Shown one piece after another: positions 1 through 6,649 of a stretch of DNA of 64,000 nt; the first letter of the stretch is position 1; each line of letters opens with the position of its first letter. The DNA comes from a virus. The notes below the pieces were generated by a model that searched no databases, had not been told where the DNA came from, and saw only the letters and a program-made list of their open reading frames with translations. A program made the position numbers and the translations under genes. The stretch is from the IMG/VR virus record IMGVR_UViG_3300037859_000002, positions 47,212 through 111,211 of that record. One strand, written 5' to 3'.

Positions 1-90
1 GTAGAATCTGCTGGAGTCGGTCGAGGCGAATTTCATGGCCAGCCGCGCGTAGTTGGCGCGGATGATCAGGCGCGGTCGTGGTTCCGGCAT
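1..90 (-). CDS. small array gene, partial (runs off window)
   Basis: ATG at 90 with AAGGAGA RBS just after hammerhead HH1. Confidence 0.6.
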   Translation of the reverse strand, partial: MPEPRPRLIIRANYARLAMKFASTDSSRFY

Positions 91-104
91 GGCCGGTCTC
101 CTTT

Positions 105-167
105 GCGCTTTCGCCCGCCCATGCTGGGGCGGGCTCGTCAGTCCCCGCCACATGGCGGGGCGAGCGC
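105..167 (-). ncRNA. hammerhead ribozyme HH1, type III
   Basis: GCGCUC / stem I CCCCGCC-GGCGGGG / CUGACGA / stem II GCCCGCCC-GGGCGGGC / GAAA GCGC; triplet CUC. Confidence 0.9.
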
Positions 168-186
168 GACCGGGCGCTGGGCCCGG

Positions 187-699
187 TCACCAGTCTTCGG
201 CCAGGCTCTCATAGAGCCGGCCCGCTTCGTCGTATTCATGGACGGCGTGCCATTCGACCATCGCCAGTCGCTGGGGCAGCTCGGCGAATTTGAGATGCTT
301 GGCCCGGTCCGGCCACGAGAGCGTCGACCACCGGGCGGCAAGCCACCGGTCGACCTGCTCGCCCCAGTCCTCGCACAGACAGCCGTAGTTCTCGAGCTGC
401 TCGTGCAGCTCGAGGAGCGTGTCCATCGTGCCGTCCTGGCCCTCGTGGATGGCCAGGATTTCGATCTGTTGATCGATCTGGGGGAGGCCCAGCTCAGCGG
501 CGGTGAAGACCTTGCTGCTCGCGTTGTCGGGCCAGCCGAAGACGGAGAGCAGCATTCCCCAGTCGGCCTGGGCCCTGGGGCCATCGCTCGGGTTCCACCA
601 GCCGACGCCGAGCCAGGCCCCGAAGGGCGCGGGCAGACGGCGGCGGTCGAGCGGCGCGATCGAGCCGATGGCGATGGCGCGCATCATGTCGTTCGACAT
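187..699 (-). CDS. hypothetical protein
   Basis: 170-aa ORF bounded by HH2 and HH1, with RBS. Confidence 0.75.
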   Translation of the reverse strand: MSNDMMRAIAIGSIAPLDRRRLPAPFGAWLGVGWWNPSDGPRAQADWGMLLSVFGWPDNASSKVFTAAELGLPQIDQQIEILAIHEGQDGTMDTLLELHEQLENYGCLCEDWGEQVDRWLAARWSTLSWPDRAKHLKFAELPQRLAMVEWHAVHEYDEAGRLYESLAEDW

Positions 700-708
700 G
701 GTGTGTGT

Positions 709-765
709 TTCCCTTTCGCCGCTACTGGCGGCTCTTCAGGCCCCACACTCTGTGGGGTCGAGGAA
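709..765 (-). ncRNA. hammerhead ribozyme HH2, type III
   Basis: UUCCUC / CCCCACA-UGUGGGG / CUGAAGA / GCCGC-GCGGC / GAAA GGGAA. Confidence 0.9.
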
Positions 766-794
766 GCCCCCGCCACAGGGGCGGGGGCGCAGGT

Positions 795-1220
795 TCAGGC
801 GCGCGACTTGATCGGGATCGTGGTCACCGTGGCCGAACCCTTGTGGTCGACGGCGATGACCTGGATCGGCGGTACCGCGACGGGCCCTTCGTGCCAGGCG
901 ACGAGCGGCGCGAGCTCCTCGAGTGAGGAGCGCGCGTCGGTCCAGTCCTCGGGCGGGTCGTTGCCGACAAGGATGCCGGTGCCGACCAGGGTGCCCGTCG
1001 TCACCGACGGGATCCGGAAGGCCGGGGCCCTGGGGAACTTGAGCAGCCCTTCGTCGTCGACGAGCAGGATGTCCCCGTTGGGGAGCCTGCCGCCGACGCA
1101 GAAGAACCCGTTGAGCGTGGCGCGCGCCCAGCGGCCGAACTCGGCGATCTGGTCGCGCGCGTGGGGTGCCCGCTCTTCGCGGATCTCACGCTTGGCGGGG
1201 TCGATGATCAGGACTCTCAT
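795..1220 (-). CDS. DUF3846-like phage protein
   Basis: MRVLIIDP start after GAGGA RBS; DILLVDDEGLLK and LVGTGILVG motifs (family recalled from memory). Confidence 0.6.
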   Translation of the reverse strand: MRVLIIDPAKREIREERAPHARDQIAEFGRWARATLNGFFCVGGRLPNGDILLVDDEGLLKFPRAPAFRIPSVTTGTLVGTGILVGNDPPEDWTDARSSLEELAPLVAWHEGPVAVPPIQVIAVDHKGSATVTTIPIKSRA

Positions 1221-1229
1221 GTGGGTCGT

Positions 1230-1299
1230 GTTCCTCTTCAGTGCCACCCTGATTGGTGGCAGACCCACCCTGGCGTGGGGCCAGGGTGGTTTCGGATCA
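1230..1299 (-). ncRNA. hammerhead ribozyme HH3, type II
   Basis: UGAUCC GAAA / stem III CACCCUGGC-GCCAGGGUG / GUC / UGCCACC-GGUGGCA / CUGAAGA GGAAC. Confidence 0.9.
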
Positions 1300-1539
1300 G
1301 GCTGGTCGCAGACTGACGACCTTGCCGCCCGAGGTGTTCATGACGCGTCGGGCCAGCAGTTCCTGGCGGCGTTCGTGGGTGAGCCCCGCGAGGGGCAGGG
1401 CCACGATCAGCAGGGCCAGCATTGGCAGCGCCCCGGCCGCGGCCGCGATGGGCACGAGCCTGTCGATGGCGTAGCCGATGGCCAGGCCGATGCCGATTTC
1501 GCCGGCAAAGAGCAGCCGTTCGAGCGTCGGTTCTTCCAT
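1297..1539 (-). CDS. small membrane protein
   Basis: 80 aa with two hydrophobic segments; bounded by HH4 and HH3. Confidence 0.7.
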   Translation of the reverse strand: MEEPTLERLLFAGEIGIGLAIGYAIDRLVPIAAAAGALPMLALLIVALPLAGLTHERRQELLARRVMNTSGGKVVSLRPA

Positions 1540-1545
1540 GGGAGT

Positions 1546-1616
1546 TGATCCTCTTCAGCGCCACCTTGATTGGTGGCCGACGCGCCCCGGCCATGGGCCA
1601 GGGCGGTTTCGGATCA
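1546..1616 (-). ncRNA. hammerhead ribozyme HH4, type II (identical to HH20)
   Basis: UGAUCC GAAA...GUC G GCCACC-GGUGGC G CUGAAGA GGAUCA; perfect 6-bp stem II. Confidence 0.92.
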
Positions 1617-1973
1617 GGCGGGTCGGTCAGGATGGTAGTCGAGCGCGCGCTTCAGCCGTGCGACCAGCGTACGTGGCTTGCTCTCGAGGCCGAACAGCGA
1701 CTCGGACACCTGCTTTGTGATGCCAAAGAACACGGGTCCGATGGACTCGCTGCGGACTTCCTGTTCCCCGACAAAGGGGAACAACATGCGCCCGTCGTCG
1801 AACAGGTGGCGCAGCGTCAGTCCCTCGTTCTGCATCTCGGGCGTCATGGCCGCGTGGCCGATGATGCACCCGGGGCTGCCACAGAAGTCGGTCCAGCGGG
1901 TCATCACCAGCTGATCGGGCGGAATGCTCGCCGCCAGGTCGGTGACGAAGGCCAGCCTCTCGTAGGGTGTCAT
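1614..1973 (-). CDS. CGxxxCIxGH family protein (paralogue 1)
   Basis: CGSPGCIIGH..PEMQNEGL; similar to 2617-2997 and 62482-62865. Confidence 0.75.
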   Translation of the reverse strand: MTPYERLAFVTDLAASIPPDQLVMTRWTDFCGSPGCIIGHAAMTPEMQNEGLTLRHLFDDGRMLFPFVGEQEVRSESIGPVFFGITKQVSESLFGLESKPRTLVARLKRALDYHPDRPA

Positions 1974-1980
1974 GCGCGTG

Positions 1981-2051
1981 GTTCCTCTTCAGGCCCGCGG
2001 GATTGCGGGCAGAGCGGCCCCGCCGCGGTGCGACGGGGTGCTTTCGGATCA
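1981..2051 (-). ncRNA. hammerhead ribozyme HH5, type II
   Basis: UGAUCC GAAA GC...GCUC U GCCCGC-GCGGGC CUGAAGA GGAAC; one extra U after the cleavage triplet. Confidence 0.85.
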
Positions 2052-2252
2052 GTCTTCGGGAGGCGCCCTCACCACGGGATACGGGTAGCCCAGCGCGGTC
2101 ATGACCCGTTCGTGGATCTCGCACGCGTGGTCCCGGTCTTCCTCGTTCCAGGTGGGGCGGCCCTGCCGGCGGCGCCGGCGGTGGGCCGCGTCGGTGCCCG
2201 CCGCGTGGGCGAGCCCGAGGGCCTCCTGGTAGCTGTCAGCGCGGATGGGCAT
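2049..2252 (-). CDS. hypothetical protein
   Basis: short ORF overlapping its upstream gene and ending in HH5; start uncertain. Confidence 0.6.
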   Translation of the reverse strand: MPIRADSYQEALGLAHAAGTDAAHRRRRRQGRPTWNEEDRDHACEIHERVMTALGYPYPVVRAPPED

Positions 2253-2541
2253 CGACGCCCTCGCCGTTGACGGCGTGGCCCACCAGGGTGCCGTAGCGGC
2301 GCCTGGTCGCGTGGGCCATCATGGCCAGGGCTTCGCGCACGCGGCGGGCATCGGCCGCGATCGACAGGAGCTCCGTTTCGGGCACCTGTTCGACCCCCTC
2401 GGGAAAGCGTTGCTGGATCTGCTCGGCGATGTCCTGCACGAGCCTGCAGCAGGCTTTCATCTGGGTGGCCACGGCGTTGCCCGAGGGCATGGAGTCGAGC
2501 GCGAGCGTGAGCCAGTCGTCGGGCAGTTGGTGTTGAGGCAT
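2236..2541 (-). CDS. hypothetical protein
   Basis: 101-aa ORF; RBS lies in HH6. Confidence 0.7.
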   Translation of the reverse strand: MPQHQLPDDWLTLALDSMPSGNAVATQMKACCRLVQDIAEQIQQRFPEGVEQVPETELLSIAADARRVREALAMMAHATRRRYGTLVGHAVNGEGVDAHPR

Positions 2542-2546
2542 CTGGT

Positions 2547-2619
2547 TGATCCTCTTCAGTGCCGGCGATGGTGCCGGCCGAGCGTCCCCGCCGCGATGCG
2601 ACGGGGCGCTTTCGGATCA
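2547..2619 (-). ncRNA. hammerhead ribozyme HH6, type II
   Basis: UGAUCC GAAA GCG..CGCUC G GCCGGC-GCCGGC A CUGAAGA GGAUCA. Confidence 0.92.
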
Positions 2620-2997
2620 GGTTGTGACCGGCTCTTTCAAAAGCCGGTCGATCAGGGCCAGCTGCCGGTCCTTGGTCTGGTGCCGGGGCCGGGCATCATC
2701 GGAATAGAACAGCACGGTCCCGGCGTCGTTGCTGATGCCGAAGAACTCGGACAGGCCGATGTTGCCGACGGGGTTGCCGTTGACGGTCGGCGAAGGCCAG
2801 GGGCCATCGGTCAGCTCCAGGCCCTCGGCCTGGAGGACCGGATCCTGGGCACCGTGGCCCGCGATGCACGCGGTGGTGCCGCACTGTGAAACCCAGGCGC
2901 TCATGTGGATTGCTTGGGCCGGTGTGTTGGCGATGACCTTGCGCAGGCGGGCCAGCCGCTGTCGCGGCGTCAGGCCAACGGGTTCCGGGTCTGTCAT
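2617..2997 (-). CDS. CGxxxCIxGH family protein (paralogue 2)
   Basis: GLTPRQRLARLR..CGTTACIAGHGAQDPVLQAEGL. Confidence 0.8.
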   Translation of the reverse strand: MTDPEPVGLTPRQRLARLRKVIANTPAQAIHMSAWVSQCGTTACIAGHGAQDPVLQAEGLELTDGPWPSPTVNGNPVGNIGLSEFFGISNDAGTVLFYSDDARPRHQTKDRQLALIDRLLKEPVTT

Positions 2998-3003
2998 TGG
3001 TTT

Positions 3004-3073
3004 GCTCCTCTTCAGGCCCGCGGGATTGCGGGCGACCGCCCCGCCCCGGTGTGGGGCGGGGGGTTTCGTCAGC
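3004..3073 (-). ncRNA. hammerhead ribozyme HH7, type II (weak stem II)
   Basis: GCUGAC GAAA CC..GGUC GCCCGC-GCGGGC CUGAAGA GGAGC. Confidence 0.8.
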
Positions 3074-3248
3074 GCGTCGTGGCCGTTTGCTGGGGCGCCA
3101 TGGTGCGGACCAGTCGCTGGCGCAGGGCCTCGACCCTGTTCCAGGCCGTCCAGTCGGTGGCCTGGCTCTGGGTCGCCACCTGCTGACCGTAACTGGTCAG
3201 CGCCGTGATCAGCGTCAGCAGCTCGTCCTCGTCGAGGGCGATGTTCAT
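3069..3248 (-). CDS. hypothetical protein
   Basis: MNIALDEDELL... ORF with ATGA overlap to the upstream gene. Confidence 0.65.
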   Translation of the reverse strand: MNIALDEDELLTLITALTSYGQQVATQSQATDWTAWNRVEALRQRLVRTMAPQQTATTR

Positions 3249-3631
3249 GCGCGGGGCGCCGCCAGGTAGCGTGCGATCCGAACGGCCGACTGCTCGTCCA
3301 GCCAGTCCAGGAGCTGGGCCTTCATCAGGTCCGCCACCGGGCCATCGTTGAGTTCGGGACGCTGCTCGCGCAGGCTTTCGGCCAAGCGGCGCCACGAGCT
3401 GGGCTGCAGGGTCAGGCCCTGCTCAGCGAGCGCGGCGCGAATGTCCGCGGTGCAAAGCAGGACGTGGCCCAGCCGGACCGCGAGTTCCTCGAGCAGGGCC
3501 CGGCCCTCCTCGATGGTGGGCTCGCGACCGAAGGTCGCGCACCAGATGCGCGCGCAGATTTCGGCGATGTCGGCCGCCCGATCGCGGAGCGTGCGCTCGG
3601 GCGCGGCCTCGAAGACGGATTGTTCCTCCAT
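3245..3631 (-). CDS. hypothetical protein
   Basis: MEEQSVF... start after GAGAGGA RBS at the end of HH8. Confidence 0.7.
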   Translation of the reverse strand: MEEQSVFEAAPERTLRDRAADIAEICARIWCATFGREPTIEEGRALLEELAVRLGHVLLCTADIRAALAEQGLTLQPSSWRRLAESLREQRPELNDGPVADLMKAQLLDWLDEQSAVRIARYLAAPRA

Positions 3632-3643
3632 CGGAGTGGGTCC

Positions 3644-3708
3644 TCTCGTTTCGCGCCCACGAACCGGCGGGCGCTCGTCGGCGCCTCTCACATGAGAGGC
3701 GAACGAGA
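3644..3708 (-). ncRNA. hammerhead ribozyme HH8, type III, CCGACGA core variant
   Basis: UCUCGUU / CGCCUCUC-GAGAGGCG / CCGACGA / GCGCCCGC-GUGGGCGC / GAAA CGAGA. Confidence 0.8.
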
Positions 3709-3738
3709 TACACTTAAATGTGGTGAGCCGGGAGTCAA
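3709..3738 (-). promoter_or_regulatory. putative sigma70-type promoter overlapping a CACAT-N4-GTGTA motif
   Basis: TTGACT, 16 nt, TAAGTG; lies between a terminator-like hairpin and HH8. Confidence 0.45.
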
Positions 3739-3777
3739 ATGGAAAGGCCCCCCACCCGGAAAAGGGTAGGGGGCCTT
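3738..3777 (-). terminator. putative intrinsic terminator
   Basis: AAGGCCCCCTACCC-loop-GGGTGGGGGGCCTT followed by TCCATTT. Confidence 0.5.
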
Positions 3778-3788
3778 GCGCGCGAGGG

Positions 3789-3998
3789 TCAGGCGCGGCG
3801 CATCTGGCGCAGACCCTCGCGGGTCGACCTGGCGCCGCCGCAGATGGCCCGATGGGCCACCGCGGCTGCGGCTCTGGTGCGCCGAAGCATCTCCTGCTCG
3901 TCGAGCTTGATCTCGCCGGTCAGGCTGTCCTGCAGGTCCTGCAGGGTATCGCGGGCCGCGGCCAGCGCATCGCGCACATAATCGGGCTGCTTGGGCAT
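3789..3998 (-). CDS. hypothetical protein
   Basis: MPKQPDYVR... with AGGAG RBS. Confidence 0.7.
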   Translation of the reverse strand: MPKQPDYVRDALAAARDTLQDLQDSLTGEIKLDEQEMLRRTRAAAAVAHRAICGGARSTREGLRQMRRA

Positions 3999-4016
3999 GG
4001 TATGTGCTCCTGGCCC

Positions 4017-4117
4017 CGGCTGCCTCTTCGGCACAGGATGGGGGCCCACATCGCTGTGGATGCACGCCGCGGCTCCTTCCTCGCGGGAGGGGCGCGCGCG
4101 CGCATTTCGATCAGCCG
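4017..4117 (-). ncRNA. hammerhead ribozyme HH9, type II, CCGAAGA core variant
   Basis: CGGCUGAUC GAAA UGCGCGC..GCGUGCAUC CACAG..CUGUG CCGAAGA GGCAGCCG; triplet AUC. Confidence 0.75.
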
Positions 4118-4350
4118 CGCTCGGTGCGCGCGGTCCGGCTCGGATCATCCGGATCTGCGGCTTCGAAGGCGCGGTGGTCATAGGTCGTGGTCTCGCCCTG
4201 CTCGAGGTCCCAGTCGACGCCAAACTCATCATCGGCGGCGATCCTGACCGCCTCTTCGACGGTGCGGGCCATGACGATGCCCGTGTGACAGAGACACTGG
4301 TCGACATAGCGGTGGACCACGAATTCTCGCTCCGGTGGGTCGGCGCTCAT
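4111..4350 (-). CDS. hypothetical acidic protein
   Basis: 79-aa ORF; GGGAGG RBS in HH10. Confidence 0.7.
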   Translation of the reverse strand: MSADPPEREFVVHRYVDQCLCHTGIVMARTVEEAVRIAADDEFGVDWDLEQGETTTYDHRAFEAADPDDPSRTARTERG

Positions 4351-4362
4351 GCGCGCGTTCCT

Positions 4363-4418
4363 CCCTTTCGCCGGCGGCTGGCCGGCTCGTCAGCCCCCAC
4401 CAGGTGGTGGGGAAAGGG
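4363..4418 (-). ncRNA. hammerhead ribozyme HH10, type III
   Basis: CCCUU / UCCCCACC-GGUGGGGG / CUGACGA / GCCGGC-GCCGGC / GAAA GGG. Confidence 0.9.
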
Positions 4419-4442
4419 GCCGCCCCCCGCAGGGGGCGGTCG

Positions 4443-4685
4443 TCAGTCCCGTCGGTCGATCCAGTAGCGCGGCACCCGATGATCGGGTGGGAAGCCGAAG
4501 CTCCCATCCTGCTCGAGGGTGACCACGATGGTCTCGGGGGTCTCGATCGCGACGGTGTCGACCACGACGAGCTCGAACTGGAATGTCGTGTTCGTGCTGT
4601 CGGCGTCGGCGTAGCGGTCGCCCGCGAGGTCGATGACCGACCCCGGTGTGAGGTCGGCCACCCGAACCATTTCGGGCGCGATCAT
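4443..4685 (-). CDS. hypothetical protein
   Basis: MIAPEMVRVADL..., ATGA overlap with upstream gene. Confidence 0.65.
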   Translation of the reverse strand: MIAPEMVRVADLTPGSVIDLAGDRYADADSTNTTFQFELVVVDTVAIETPETIVVTLEQDGSFGFPPDHRVPRYWIDRRD

Positions 4686-4942
4686 CCTGTGCGATCCCAT
4701 CCTCCGGGATGGCCAGGACGTGGGGTGATCATCGTCACCCTGGGGCGTCGGCGCCGCCACTCGTGCAGCGCCAGCAGCCCGTAGAAGGTCGTGGCCGCGG
4801 CGCCTGTCGTCAGCGCCGCGGCCCACATGATCTGCTGCACCGTCGGGTCGTCCTCGAAGATGAGGAACACGCCGGTCGCGGCAAAGATCACGCCGGCGAC
4901 TCCGCTGATGCCCAGCAGGGCAAAGCCGAGAAGTCGGTACAT
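4682..4942 (-). CDS. small membrane protein
   Basis: two hydrophobic helices and a basic tail. Confidence 0.7.
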   Translation of the reverse strand: MYRLLGFALLGISGVAGVIFAATGVFLIFEDDPTVQQIMWAAALTTGAAATTFYGLLALHEWRRRRPRVTMITPRPGHPGGWDRTG

Positions 4943-4950
4943 GGGTCGTT

Positions 4951-5008
4951 CCCTTTCGCCGGCATGCTGGCCGGCTCATCAGTCCGCCCCATCAGGGAGC
5001 GGAAAGGG
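4951..5008 (-). ncRNA. hammerhead ribozyme HH11, type III
   Basis: CCCUU / UCCGC.CCC-GGGGCGGA / CUGAUGA / GCCGGC-GCCGGC / GAAA GGG. Confidence 0.92.
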
Positions 5009-5058
5009 CGACGCGCCCGCCCCAGCCTTGGGGCCAGAGCGGGCGCGCGTCGTTGGTT

Positions 5059-5286
5059 TCAGGCCGCCAGGGCTTCGTCAGAGGGCGGGGTCGCCCTGCT
5101 GGACTTGCGCCACTCGTAGACCGCACCTGCCACGCAGGTGACGGCCATCAGGGCGTTGACCGCGATGTTGAGGCCCGGTACCAACATGGTGCCCGCGCGC
5201 ATCATCGGGAGCCAGGCAATGGCCAGGCCGGTGAAGCCCACCGCCGAAGCGGCGTAGATGCGGGCGTTCATTTTGTTGCTGGTCAT
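5059..5286 (-). CDS. small membrane protein
   Basis: MTSNKMNAR..., two hydrophobic helices. Confidence 0.7.
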   Translation of the reverse strand: MTSNKMNARIYAASAVGFTGLAIAWLPMMRAGTMLVPGLNIAVNALMAVTCVAGAVYEWRKSSRATPPSDEALAA

Positions 5287-5295
5287 GATGTGTTC

Positions 5296-5350
5296 CCCTT
5301 TCGCCGCAGACTGGCGGCTCATCAGGCCCCACACGCTGTGGGGTCGAGGG
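5296..5350 (-). ncRNA. hammerhead ribozyme HH12, type III
   Basis: CCCUC / CCCCACA-UGUGGGG / CUGAUGA / GCCGC-GCGGC / GAAA GGG. Confidence 0.92.
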
Positions 5351-5386
5351 TGGGTGCCCCCACACAGGGGGCACCCAACAGGAAGA

Positions 5387-5614
5387 TCACGCGGCCTGCT
5401 CCAGGGCCTTGTCCTGGGGCTTGCCCAGGTAGCGGGCCGCCACGTTGGCGCCCACGGCGACAACGACGCCCCCGACCGCGATGGCGCCCAAAACGGGCGC
5501 CGTCATCGGAACCAGCGGCAGCAGCAGCACCGCCAACCGGTAGCCCGCCAGACCAGAGGTCAGCAGGCCCGCGGTCTCGGCCACGGCAGCGATCTTCTTC
5601 GTGTTGAAGGTCAT
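5387..5614 (-). CDS. small membrane protein
   Basis: MTFNTKK... with AGGAG RBS and a hydrophobic core. Confidence 0.7.
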   Translation of the reverse strand: MTFNTKKIAAVAETAGLLTSGLAGYRLAVLLLPLVPMTAPVLGAIAVGGVVVAVGANVAARYLGKPQDKALEQAA

Positions 5615-5626
5615 CGGATCGATCTC

Positions 5627-5703
5627 CTGAGTGATGATGCGTTCGCCCCTTGCCAAAGGGGCCTCGTCAGCCGGGCTCATTGGCTACCCGGTCGCACACT
5701 CAG
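5627..5703 (-). ncRNA. hammerhead-like RNA HH13, type III, non-canonical core
   Basis: UGCGA / CCGGG-CCCGG / CUGACGA G / GCCCCUU-AAGGGGC / GAAC GCA; the A15.1-U16.1 pair is replaced by C-G. Confidence 0.6.
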
Positions 5704-5711
5704 AATCGTCG

Positions 5712-5760
5712 TTGACATACCGTATGTGGTGATTCTCCACATATATTCAACCACTTAGGC
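5712..5760. promoter_or_regulatory. divergent promoter/operator region
   Basis: AT-rich; TTGACA (+) and TTGAAT (-); inverted repeat TATGTGG-N7-CCACATA at 5723-5743; lies between divergent modules. Confidence 0.55.
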
Positions 5761-5802
5761 GCAGAAAAGCTCCGAAAATGCACCGAAAATGGTCGATCCC
5801 AC

Positions 5803-6645
5803 ATGCCTAAGGGCCACCCGCCCTCCATCTGGGCCAGCATCCGCGCCGACTATGTCGCAGGCCTGGGCACGACCAACGACCTGGCCCGAACCTATGGCGT
5901 CGACGCCTCGGGCATCCGCAAGCGCCGCATCCTCGAGGCCTGGCCCGAACCGGGCGAACGCATCGTAGACACCGCCCTCTACAGGACCAAATCCAAGCAG
6001 GGTGTGAAACCCGCAGATCAAGCCCCGCGCTCGCCAAAGCAGCAGGCCGGAACACATTTCACACCCGAGGGTGTGAAACCCATGGAACACCCTGGAACAC
6101 CCCCCCGGACGGGCGTGCTCCAGAAGCCCCGAACGCGAGAGCAGGCGCTGCTCATGGCCGCCGAACGCGAGTTCGTCCGAGACCTCGCCATCATCGACGC
6201 CATCGCCCCCAAGGCGGCAGCCCTCATCGAAGACCACCTGGCCCGGACCGCCCAGCTCAAGCAGCACTTCACCCGGCTCCACACCCTCCTGGGCAACCTC
6301 ATCCACGACGACCCCCAGAAGCGCGCGACCGCACAGGACGTGCTCGGCCAGGTGCCGCCCGAAACGGTGCTGAACACGATGCTCAACCTGGCCTCGTCGA
6401 TCCAGCGGCTCGAGCGCCAGTCGCTGCAGCTCGACATGGGGCCCCGGCGCCTCGAGCTCACCGGCAAGGACGGGGCGCCGCTGCCCGCCACCCAGGTCAA
6501 CGTCGGTGTGGGCGTGAAGCTCGACGCCAAGACCATGACGACCGAGCAGCTGGCCGCCCTGGGCTCGGTCCTGGAGGCCGTGGACGGCCAGGCGCCGCGC
6601 ACGGCGCTGAAGCGTCCGCCCCAGGGGCCGATGATTGAGGGCTGA
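5803..6645 (+). CDS. terminase small subunit-like protein
   Basis: N-terminal HTH (WASIRADYVAG..LARTYGV..IRKR), C-terminal ELTGKDGAPL motif, upstream of TerL. Confidence 0.65.
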   Translation: MPKGHPPSIWASIRADYVAGLGTTNDLARTYGVDASGIRKRRILEAWPEPGERIVDTALYRTKSKQGVKPADQAPRSPKQQAGTHFTPEGVKPMEHPGTPPRTGVLQKPRTREQALLMAAEREFVRDLAIIDAIAPKAAALIEDHLARTAQLKQHFTRLHTLLGNLIHDDPQKRATAQDVLGQVPPETVLNTMLNLASSIQRLERQSLQLDMGPRRLELTGKDGAPLPATQVNVGVGVKLDAKTMTTEQLAALGSVLEAVDGQAPRTALKRPPQGPMIEG

Positions 6646-6649
6646 GCAG

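Noticed and set aside
103-2889. Long + strand ORFs over the left array
   Set aside because: Antisense shadows of the RBS-bearing - strand genes, common in GC-rich DNA
91-5703. Integron attC cassette array
   Set aside because: The conserved bases match the hammerhead core in three-way junctions, not attC RYYYAAC/GTTRRRY boxes, and no integrase is present in the window
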